From a virus: a stretch of DNA of 64,000 nt. The stretch is taken from IMG/VR virus record IMGVR_UViG_3300023179_000074, positions 1 to 64,000 of that record. One strand, written 5' to 3'. Below, piece after piece: positions 11,370-19,609 of the stretch (position 1 is the stretch's first letter; every line of letters starts with the position of its first letter). A model generated the notes under the pieces. The model was not told the origin of the DNA. It searched no databases and was given only the letters and a program-made list of their open reading frames with translations. Made by a program: the position numbers and the translations under genes.

Positions 11370-12079
11370 TAGAATCTAACCCAATGATTTCCTAAAATAT
11401 CGTGAAAATGAAAACATTCCCTTAAACATCCTAATAAATTATAATCCCAACTCAAATTTGCAACCACGGAAGACATACCGATTTCTACACCTTCTGCAAA
11501 TGCCCAAATTTCTTCTTCATGTGAACGCCAAAATAATTTTTCCCAGAAATCTGAAAAAACTTTAAGCTTTTCATTATTTTTAAAAACAAGAATTTGTTCA
11601 TTACAAACATGACCTGCATCATAATCATCAATAACATCCAAATTGTATGGTTTTATTTTGTGGCGCCAGAAACAATGATCCCAATTTCTCTTACTTACAC
11701 CGATATTATGAGGTCGCTCAAAAACAAAATCTAAATTATTTTTTTCCATTTCACTAAATAAAAGATTAAATTTATCTTCATGAAAATGCGTATAGGTATC
11801 CCAATCAGCATCTATAAAGATAATATAGTCAGAATTAAGATCGATAGATTTTTTTATTGGTAAAAATTTAAGATTATAATTATACCAAGCACCATTTTTA
11901 GAGCGTATAGGATGGCCCTCTACAGAAACGGAAGTAAAATAACTAGGAATTGAGCTTAAAGAATCTGTTGCTATTAAAGATAAGGAATTTGTTGTATTGT
12001 TTTTAATATTATTATGCAAATTAACCGCGCTTTTTACATAATTTTCCCCTGTAGCTAATGAACAAAACGTGACGCTCAT
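11369..12079 (-). CDS. GT-A fold glycosyltransferase (GT6/GT8-like)
   Basis: FCSLATGENY start and YIIFIDAD (DxD) motif; within GT cluster. Confidence 0.6.
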   Translation of the reverse strand: MSVTFCSLATGENYVKSAVNLHNNIKNNTTNSLSLIATDSLSSIPSYFTSVSVEGHPIRSKNGAWYNYNLKFLPIKKSIDLNSDYIIFIDADWDTYTHFHEDKFNLLFSEMEKNNLDFVFERPHNIGVSKRNWDHCFWRHKIKPYNLDVIDDYDAGHVCNEQILVFKNNEKLKVFSDFWEKLFWRSHEEEIWAFAEGVEIGMSSVVANLSWDYNLLGCLRECFHFHDILGNHWVRF

Positions 12080-12780
12080 AGAATCTGTGAAAGTTTAATT
12101 GTTTTTTCGTTAAATGGTCCATTATCATGAATCATATAAGGATTAGTTTTTATTGTGTGTTTATTATCTTCAATTATAATATCGTCTTTTGAATCTAAAG
12201 TGCTAAAAAATATTTTTCTTTCTTGATCAAGTTTTATATCTTCTGAAAGTAAATACTCAATAGCCCATACAGCTTGATCATCATAAGGGCGGAAATCTTT
12301 AGTTATAATATTTTCCAAATGTTTAATTATATGCTCTGTTAATCCCATATATAAACCAGAATTTAAATACATATAAGGAGATAGTTTAGGTTTATTATTA
12401 TAAAGTTGTGATTCGTTAATAGGTGGCCACAAATTAATCTCTGAACAAAACAAAATATTACAATTAAAGATAGTAAAATCGTTTACTATATTTGAAGGGT
12501 CTCTGTAGAAATTTGTATCCGTTGCATCGCTAAAAATAATATATTTATAGTTTAATAATTTTTCTTTTATAAAATCTAACAAATAAACAATTTTATATTT
12601 GTATAGTTTATCGTAATATGACCCGCCTTGAACTAAATTATTGAATCTCGCAACGTATATATCTTCTTTATTAAAATATTTTAGCCCATTATTATAATAA
12701 ATTGGTTGATAGTATTCAGGATAGTCAAATAATACCGTGAGTAAAGCAATATCCTTCATTGTTTCATTTTTAAGAGCCAT
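12076..12780 (-). CDS. PLOD-type (procollagen lysyl hydroxylase GT domain-like) glycosyltransferase
   Basis: IIFSDATD, ILFCSE.NLWP, YLNSGLYMG, DDQ, IKLD..RKIF, IHDNG match the PLOD GT domain pattern. Confidence 0.7.
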   Translation of the reverse strand: MALKNETMKDIALLTVLFDYPEYYQPIYYNNGLKYFNKEDIYVARFNNLVQGGSYYDKLYKYKIVYLLDFIKEKLLNYKYIIFSDATDTNFYRDPSNIVNDFTIFNCNILFCSEINLWPPINESQLYNNKPKLSPYMYLNSGLYMGLTEHIIKHLENIITKDFRPYDDQAVWAIEYLLSEDIKLDQERKIFFSTLDSKDDIIIEDNKHTIKTNPYMIHDNGPFNEKTIKLSQIL

Positions 12781-13382
12781 GCTGTATCTTCAAACTCTTC
12801 AGAGAGATTATAGGGTAGATCTACTAAATTATAGTTGATTAAAGATTCTTGAACATCTTTTAGCATAATCTCTGCCCAGTTCCATATACGATTTTTTATC
12901 TTAATATTAAATGTATTTTCGTCTTTTGCATAATCATGAGCACCAATAATATCACCGGGTTTTAGAAATTTACTAAAAAAATTAAATTCAAACGCTTTAT
13001 TACCACCATCACAAAAAACAGCTATTCTTTTATTCTTACCTTCAAAATTAAAAATTTCATTTACAAGCTTAGTATCTGAAATTAAATCTTGCTTTAAAAA
13101 GATAAAATTATGTTCTTCAGCTAGCGATTTTGCCGCGTCTATATAAGGGTCGAAAGAATATATCTTTATATTTTTGTTAAGTTTTTTACGTGCAGTGTAT
13201 AGCATGCTTGTAAACCCCCCGTGATGTGTCCCGATTTCTACAACAATATCAATATTAATTTTTTCAAATAAGCTATAAACTGCGTAATAAGCATCAGGAT
13301 TTTGCATTGTAAATCCGTTGCCTGTTTCATCATGTACGCACCAACCCCTTTCAATGCTTTGTTTTTTTTCTTCAATATTCAT
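12756..13382 (-). CDS. Class I SAM methyltransferase (Methyltransf_24/CmcI-like)
   Basis: VVEIGT.HGG, IYSFD, DGG, LKPGDII.AHDY. Confidence 0.75.
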   Translation of the reverse strand: MNIEEKKQSIERGWCVHDETGNGFTMQNPDAYYAVYSLFEKINIDIVVEIGTHHGGFTSMLYTARKKLNKNIKIYSFDPYIDAAKSLAEEHNFIFLKQDLISDTKLVNEIFNFEGKNKRIAVFCDGGNKAFEFNFFSKFLKPGDIIGAHDYAKDENTFNIKIKNRIWNWAEIMLKDVQESLINYNLVDLPYNLSEEFEDTAWLLKMKQ

Positions 13383-13993
13383 AATATTGAATTATTTATA
13401 AAAAGAACATCGTCTTGTATATGATAATGATGCTGAGGGTGTCTTAATTGTTGCAATGTTTCTTTTTTAGAAAAATTAATTGAGTTCATGTAGTCTTCAA
13501 CATCTTTGTAAAGTGGTGCGTTAATATTAAACTCTTCTATAGATAATTCTAATAAAATACCTTTAGCTTTTTTTACAACATTACTACCACCTTTTAAAAT
13601 ATCTAACTCTGAGCCTTGTACGTCAATTTTAATAAAATCAAAAATTCTATCATTTAATACATCATCTAATGTAAATGTCTGCTCCTGCATAATAACAATA
13701 TCATCATCCTTAAAAAACATACTTTTTTCTCTGTAAATAGAATTACCGGTACAAAGAGGTTCGGATTTTCTTATATAATAAGGTACTGTTTTGACAGTAT
13801 CGCTAAAAAGCCCTATAAAATATTCAACATTTAAATCTTTTAAAGCAGGCTCGCAGAATTTATTACCTTCTATTAAAAAATATTTACTATTATTGAAAAT
13901 ATTCTTACTTTCATGATAAAACTGGCCAACGTTTGCGCCAATGTCTAAAATTGTTTTAGGGTCAAAATATTTTTTTATTAATTCTAAATTCAT
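13379..13993 (-). CDS. FkbM-family methyltransferase
   Basis: ILDIGANVGQF, TLDD, FIKIDVQGSELDILKG. Confidence 0.9.
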   Translation of the reverse strand: MNLELIKKYFDPKTILDIGANVGQFYHESKNIFNNSKYFLIEGNKFCEPALKDLNVEYFIGLFSDTVKTVPYYIRKSEPLCTGNSIYREKSMFFKDDDIVIMQEQTFTLDDVLNDRIFDFIKIDVQGSELDILKGGSNVVKKAKGILLELSIEEFNINAPLYKDVEDYMNSINFSKKETLQQLRHPQHHYHIQDDVLFINNSIL

Positions 13994-14961
13994 GCTTCCA
14001 CTACCTTTTCTAAAAAGTTTAAAAGATAATTACAATCAAAATATTTGCTTAATTTATTGTTAATAAACCAGGGTTGTGATAATTTAGCTTTATATTTTTC
14101 TTCATTATTATACAGTTCACGGACATCATTTACTGCCTCTTCAAAAGAAGAATATTTATGTACGTTAATAAAACTCTCTTCATTAAAGCCCTCCTTGAGT
14201 ACGTTTTGATTACCGTAAAAAATGGGTATGGTGTTAGCCGCCATAGCGTGAACTATTTTTTCTTGTGTGACATTAACAGTATTTGTATACTGAAAAGCTA
14301 TATTAAACTTACAATCTTTAAAAAAATTTATCTTGTCCCTATAAACTAGTCCATCCATTCTTCCAGTATAATTATTATTGATAAATTTATATTTGTTAAG
14401 ATCTAACCCCGGGGTGCCTCTCCAAGGCCCAGACGATCGAATCGGTGCAATAGTTTCAAGTAAATCAAAAATTTTAGCCCTATCATCATTATGTGAGCCC
14501 TGTACTATACTACAAAAATATTTTTTGTCCGTTATTATTTTTTCAGGATCTTTAGGTTCAACCAACCAATTAAAGGGTGTATCAAATATTCTGCTTTCAT
14601 CAAAAAGTGTCCAGCAATCTAATACACATGTAGGGAATCTTAGATATCTAGGATGGTCTATTTCTTCTACCCCTAAAACATAATTTTTATCAGATTCATT
14701 TAAAATACCATAATAATCTTTAAAAATTTCTCCGGATATAAAAATCTTTTTACAGTTTTTATACATTCCTATTTCTTTATAATTGTCTCTTAAAAAATCA
14801 TCGTAATCATTAACATTTGCGTGAAGATTGGTCCATAAAACTATATCCGGGGTTTTTCCATCAGGAATAACATGATATTTTTTATTTAAAACAAATCTAA
14901 AATAATTAATCCATGAATACATTTGAAAAAAGTTTGCTCTTGAAAGTCTAACTAATTTCAT
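13990..14961 (-). CDS. GT10 (alpha-1,3/4-fucosyltransferase-like) glycosyltransferase
   Basis: IFISGE, KKYFCSIV, DKINF...KFNIAF...TQEKIVHAMAANTIPIFYG...FNEESFINV. Confidence 0.8.
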   Translation of the reverse strand: MKLVRLSRANFFQMYSWINYFRFVLNKKYHVIPDGKTPDIVLWTNLHANVNDYDDFLRDNYKEIGMYKNCKKIFISGEIFKDYYGILNESDKNYVLGVEEIDHPRYLRFPTCVLDCWTLFDESRIFDTPFNWLVEPKDPEKIITDKKYFCSIVQGSHNDDRAKIFDLLETIAPIRSSGPWRGTPGLDLNKYKFINNNYTGRMDGLVYRDKINFFKDCKFNIAFQYTNTVNVTQEKIVHAMAANTIPIFYGNQNVLKEGFNEESFINVHKYSSFEEAVNDVRELYNNEEKYKAKLSQPWFINNKLSKYFDCNYLLNFLEKVVEA

Positions 14962-15000
14962 AAAAAGTATTTACAAAAAAAAATAAATTAATCAATATTA

Positions 15001-15633
15001 TTAGGTAATCTGTCTAAAATACTCGTTAATCAACTCTCCATCACTTCTGAACGGTATTCCTTTACCAAATATATAAGAAGGTATTTCATTTTCCCAAAAT
15101 ATACATAGCTCTTTTCCTTTATAGTTGTTTCTTATTTGTTCTGAATTTTTATTCGTTTCAATAAATGAATATTTTGGAAACAAAAATAAGTTATCTTCTT
15201 TTACATCAAAAATAGTCTTGTGATGTGAGTTACCTAGAAAATTATTACCATTTAAATAATTAAATTCATCATATTTTGAAGGAATGGCAATAAATCCTCG
15301 TTTAGATATTTTTTGAAGAAGTTCAATTAAATCTAAAGGATTAAACACATCTTCAAGAGTATGTGAACATATAGTAAAATCAAAAATTCCATTATTTTTT
15401 ACGTAATCAAAAATAGAGTTATACTGATTTTTATTTTCAATATCAATTTCAAATTGTAAAACGTCGGGTTTGTTAATTTTTATTGAATCTGCTATTATTT
15501 TACACTCCGGATAAGACCAGTAATAAGCTGCAGCACCTATATCGATAGATTTAAAATTGTTAGTTTCTATTATTTTTTTAACTCTATTTCTTATTCCATC
15601 TATATCATTATTATAAAACCATTCAGTAATCAC
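15001..15633 (-). CDS. Class I SAM methyltransferase (type 11-like)
   Basis: SIDIGAA, FDFTICSHTLED.FNP, RGFIAIPS. Confidence 0.75.
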   Translation of the reverse strand: MITEWFYNNDIDGIRNRVKKIIETNNFKSIDIGAAAYYWSYPECKIIADSIKINKPDVLQFEIDIENKNQYNSIFDYVKNNGIFDFTICSHTLEDVFNPLDLIELLQKISKRGFIAIPSKYDEFNYLNGNNFLGNSHHKTIFDVKEDNLFLFPKYSFIETNKNSEQIRNNYKGKELCIFWENEIPSYIFGKGIPFRSDGELINEYFRQIT

Positions 15634-15644
15634 AGAATTATTTA

Positions 15645-16922
15645 TTAACTTACTCTATTACCAATAACACCAGTGATAGGTTCTGCCCATCCTTTAGAAA
15701 GACTGTGCGGCCATACTATCCAGCTATGAGGCATCTTCTCACTATTAAATTCTCTCCAAACCTTACAATAACCATCCGGGTCTTTCATCATTCTATCAAT
15801 TTCTTCTTTATCTGCATCTTTGCGATATATATCTTGGCCTTTTTCATCTTTAAAAGCAACACACCAGAAATTATAGTCTTTCTCAGGCACTTGATCATAA
15901 CGAATATCTATGCAATGTTTAAAAATGCTTAGTAAAGAATCTTCAAACTCTTCTTCCGAAAGATTGTCATTAGGATTTGGTGCATATTTATTTTCTAAAG
16001 TGTGTCTTTGAATAGCCCTCTTCTTAAAGCAAAGACCGGAGTAGCGTTCATAATCTCTTAGGGTTCGCTCTTTACCGAAGTCAAATTTTCCAAAATCAAT
16101 ATCTTTCTTTTCATTGTCCATTTCAAATAATTTTCTATTACGAAGATGTGATTTATTATTCATTTCACCCCATAGAGGAATATCATCCCAGTGTTTTGTA
16201 CGGCCTTTACGAGTGTATTCATGCCACATAACAACTATATGAGGATGGAATAAATCGTACCCGTGTGTGTAAGATCTTACTGCTAAATTAATCTCTTCTC
16301 CATGAAAATAATAATACGGGTCATAGGGTACCTCTTTAATCCATTTACCAAGCGTAAAGATAAAATGGGCAGATACAAAGCGAGCGGGTACCGGGCAGCT
16401 TAATTCTTTATACTCATCAATAGATGCGGGTAAAAAAAATACAGCGCCTTCGGGAATAAATCTATCAAAATTCATTTTCCATGGAACGTTAATTCTTGCT
16501 TGTGGATCATTATCCGGATCAAAACTTGAAATGTAGGCTGTAAGAAGAGGTTTTTTGTGACCTTTTTTCTGTAACTGCTTAATCATATCAATACACTTAA
16601 CATCCCAATTTTGTGCAAAACGGTGATGACTGTCTAATTGAAGATGGTACTTTTCGTTTTTATAAAGAGATTGAATTTTATTTCTAGCCCAGCATGTGCC
16701 TTGACTTTCTTTATAAGGAATATCTAGTACGCGAAAACGTTTATCTGTAGTAAATTCTTCTAAAGATTCCTTTTCATCTCTTTGCCAAGCAATTCCAAAT
16801 CTTAAATTTTCAGGATATTTTGCATTCTTAATACAATCTCTTAAAGTAGGTAATAGCTGAGGATCCCTATAAGAAGCAATTGATATAAAAATAGTATTTT
16901 TTGAGTTAATCTCTTTGGTCAT
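15645..16922 (-). CDS. GT60 glycosyltransferase (Skp1/polypeptide O-alpha-GlcNAc transferase-like)
   Basis: TIFISIASYRDPQL, AKYPENLRFGI..Q, G.CWAR, LQLDSHHRF..NWD, VPYDP..YF.GEEI..AVR.YT.GYD. Confidence 0.85.
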   Translation of the reverse strand: MTKEINSKNTIFISIASYRDPQLLPTLRDCIKNAKYPENLRFGIAWQRDEKESLEEFTTDKRFRVLDIPYKESQGTCWARNKIQSLYKNEKYHLQLDSHHRFAQNWDVKCIDMIKQLQKKGHKKPLLTAYISSFDPDNDPQARINVPWKMNFDRFIPEGAVFFLPASIDEYKELSCPVPARFVSAHFIFTLGKWIKEVPYDPYYYFHGEEINLAVRSYTHGYDLFHPHIVVMWHEYTRKGRTKHWDDIPLWGEMNNKSHLRNRKLFEMDNEKKDIDFGKFDFGKERTLRDYERYSGLCFKKRAIQRHTLENKYAPNPNDNLSEEEFEDSLLSIFKHCIDIRYDQVPEKDYNFWCVAFKDEKGQDIYRKDADKEEIDRMMKDPDGYCKVWREFNSEKMPHSWIVWPHSLSKGWAEPITGVIGNRVS

Positions 16923-16956
16923 TGTTATATTTTATAAGACTATTAAAAAAAATCAA
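16923..16956 (-). promoter_or_regulatory. Sigma70-type promoter, leaderless, before GT60
   Basis: TTGATT-N16-TAAAAT-N6-ATG. Confidence 0.65.
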
Positions 16957-19608
16957 TTATCTGCTTGTTAATCTTATTGCGTTTAGATATGCATTAGATC
17001 CAGTGCAAAGAGAGGCAAGAATAGTAAGCCTACCACTATCTCTTGGAACTAAGTTATTAATTCTAAACACATTGTAATTATTTGCACTTAGCGAAGGTAT
17101 ACCTGATCCGGGTCCGGAAGTTTGAACACCGTAAGAACTTGTACCAGAATTATAACTTACTACATATTCAGTTTCACTTAAAAGAGCCGCAGAAGCTGAT
17201 CCAAAAATACTTAGATCATATATTTTATTTGTATTTAGGTTGTAGAATTCTAATTCAAAATACGAATTTCCATAAATGTAATCTTCAGTTGCCGATTCTA
17301 TGGCTAAGTTTCCTAAGTAAGCAGGGCTAGGGAATAATAGCCCTGGGTTAGTCGGGGCCCCGTCAGCACCTGTATAGTTACTAGCGCTTAAACCAAAGCC
17401 AGTTGATGTATTAGTTGTATCAACAAGATTATTTACATCATTTACTAGTTCAGTTATATTGTTCCAATACTTCGAATTTGAATCAATCGTAGTTTGATCA
17501 GTGCTTAATCCTAAATCTACTAAAATTTCAATAGGTACTCTGGTTTGCGTTACTGTAGGTGTTGGTGTTTGCGTCGGTGTTTCGGAAATTGTAGGTGTTA
17601 CAGTCACAGTTGTAGATGGTGTTAGCGTTATGCTAGGGGTAATTGTAATTGTGGGTGTCGGTGTCATGGATGTAGTAGGAGTAATAGAAGGTGTTTGGGT
17701 TACCGTAGGTGTAAGTGTTTCTGTTGGTGTTACAGATATTGTAGGTGTGGGGGAGAAAGTCGGGGTTATAGATGGTGTTGGCGAATTAGATGTTGTTATT
17801 GTTGGTGTCACGGTTGGGGTTACAGAAGGTGTAGGGGTAACAGGAGCAAAGTTATAAATCGCTCCGTCAGCGAATACATTAAAATAAACTGTACCAGTAT
17901 CCGTGGGTGAGAAACCAAAAGTAGTTCCATCTCTTGTATAGTCGTAAACAACATACATATAAATAACATTTTGATATTTTAACACCATTGTGGATTCAGA
18001 TGTAACGGTGGAAGGACCTGCGTTAAAATATAAAGTTGATGTGTTATCTGGAGCGCTAATAAAGATTTCCTGGCCTTCTTGTGTTTTATTACCCGGGCCG
18101 GATAACTTATATAAGAAAGGAGTAATAGTTATTGTAGGTGTTACTGTTATCGTTGGTGTTATGGATGGTGTAATAGATATCGTTGGTGTTATGGAAGGTG
18201 TAATCGATATCGTTGGTGTTATGGAAGGTGTTATAGTTACTGTTGGTGTTTGAGAGACAGTAGGAGTAACTGTTAGAGTTACAGTCGGGGTAACTGTAGG
18301 TGTTTCTGTAACAGTAACTGTAGGAGTTATTGTTGGAGTAATAGAAGTAGTGGGCGTTATAGTGGGTGTAATGCTAGAAGTGGGTGTAACCGTTGGAGTT
18401 AATGTAGGTGTAGAAGAGATGGTAATTGAAGGTGTTATAGAAATTGTCGGTGTCGGTGTTGGCGAAATAGGTATTATAGGCGTTTCGGTAATAGTAGGTG
18501 TTATAGAAATTGTCGGTGTCGGTGTAAGTGAAGTAGTAGGTGTAATTGACGGAGTAATAGATATAGTAGGTGTTATCGTAGGTGTAATAGAAATTGTTGG
18601 AGTAATAGAAGTTGTTGGAGTAATAGTAGGCGTTATTGAAGGGGTTATCGTTGGCGTTGTTGTTGTAGTAGGTGTAATAGAAATAGTAGGCGTAATCGAG
18701 GGGGTGATAGATATGGAAGGTGTTATTGTAGGGGTTACCGTTGGCGTTGTTGTTGTGGTAGGTGTAACTGCAGATGTATTCGTAACAGTTGGGGTAGCAG
18801 TTGCAGTTTTTGTGATAGTAGGTGTTTGGGTTCTAGTAGGTGTAATAGAAATTGTCGGTGTTATGGTAGGTGTAATAGTTACAGTGCATGTTGGTGTAAG
18901 GGTAACGGTTGGTGTAATGGTAGGAGTGGGAGTTAAAATAAAAGAATTTACATTTAAATTTTTAACGTAAAGATTAGTAGGGTATGGGCCGTTTGCAAAA
19001 CCTAAACAGGGAAATACAGTAGGTGGTAATCTATAGGGTAATTTAAAATTTACATAATTTGTAAAGCTAGATCCATCATTATGATCTATAATAATACGAT
19101 CGCCAATATCAGTTATACGAACTCTAAATACTGTATAATCACTACTAGCAATATTTGTATAAAGAGTTAATGGTTTTTTAAACGATGTAGATGTTAAGTT
19201 TTCTGATCTATAGAGTAAGTCATAGTTTCTATCTTCACTACTACGAATAGATATTGTATTAGGCAGTGGGGTGGAAAATCCGTTTAATTGCAAAATATCA
19301 GAACCAAAATTACCGGTTATGTCAAAGCCTATACCCAATGCACCTTTTTTAATTCCATTAAAAAAAGTTAAAGCGGATGAGGAAAGAGCTGTTAAGCTAG
19401 TATAGGCTAACCCCGGGCCCGGCGAACCACCCGATAAATAATCTATACTAGCGTCTACAAAAAATAAGCAGAATCCTTCTGAGCCGCTTAGTTGTGTGCC
19501 GATACATTTATATTCGAAAGAAATAATACAATCACGCGTAGTGTCAAGCGTATCGAGCCTGTATAAAACAGATGTATCGTTATCATGATTTAAATTATAA
19601 AAAGCCAT
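16957..19608 (-). CDS. Multidomain adhesin-like virion protein: L-type lectin, PT stalk, head domain, PT stalk, beta-sandwich domain
   Basis: GSEGFCLFF...GGSPGPGLAY...LGIGFDITGNF legume-lectin pattern; stalks at about 18120-18935 and 17540-17845; start placed at ATG 19608 (MAFYNL) just after the upstream stop. Confidence 0.7.
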   Translation of the reverse strand: MAFYNLNHDNDTSVLYRLDTLDTTRDCIISFEYKCIGTQLSGSEGFCLFFVDASIDYLSGGSPGPGLAYTSLTALSSSALTFFNGIKKGALGIGFDITGNFGSDILQLNGFSTPLPNTISIRSSEDRNYDLLYRSENLTSTSFKKPLTLYTNIASSDYTVFRVRITDIGDRIIIDHNDGSSFTNYVNFKLPYRLPPTVFPCLGFANGPYPTNLYVKNLNVNSFILTPTPTITPTVTLTPTCTVTITPTITPTISITPTRTQTPTITKTATATPTVTNTSAVTPTTTTTPTVTPTITPSISITPSITPTISITPTTTTTPTITPSITPTITPTTSITPTISITPTITPTISITPSITPTTSLTPTPTISITPTITETPIIPISPTPTPTISITPSITISSTPTLTPTVTPTSSITPTITPTTSITPTITPTVTVTETPTVTPTVTLTVTPTVSQTPTVTITPSITPTISITPSITPTISITPSITPTITVTPTITITPFLYKLSGPGNKTQEGQEIFISAPDNTSTLYFNAGPSTVTSESTMVLKYQNVIYMYVVYDYTRDGTTFGFSPTDTGTVYFNVFADGAIYNFAPVTPTPSVTPTVTPTITTSNSPTPSITPTFSPTPTISVTPTETLTPTVTQTPSITPTTSMTPTPTITITPSITLTPSTTVTVTPTISETPTQTPTPTVTQTRVPIEILVDLGLSTDQTTIDSNSKYWNNITELVNDVNNLVDTTNTSTGFGLSASNYTGADGAPTNPGLLFPSPAYLGNLAIESATEDYIYGNSYFELEFYNLNTNKIYDLSIFGSASAALLSETEYVVSYNSGTSSYGVQTSGPGSGIPSLSANNYNVFRINNLVPRDSGRLTILASLCTGSNAYLNAIRLTSR

Positions 19609-19609
19609 A

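Noticed and set aside
9702-16922. Giant eukaryotic virus or eukaryotic contamination suggested by GT60/PLOD/NRS-ER genes
   Set aside because: Contiguous with T4-like baseplate, sheath and terminase genes, shares the phage promoter motifs, and has no introns
1499-18970. Plus-strand Val/Gly/Ile-rich ORFs (1499, 1760, 8485, 17501, 17695, 17990, 18350)
   Set aside because: Antisense shadows of the Thr/Pro repeats; no promoter or independent coding signal
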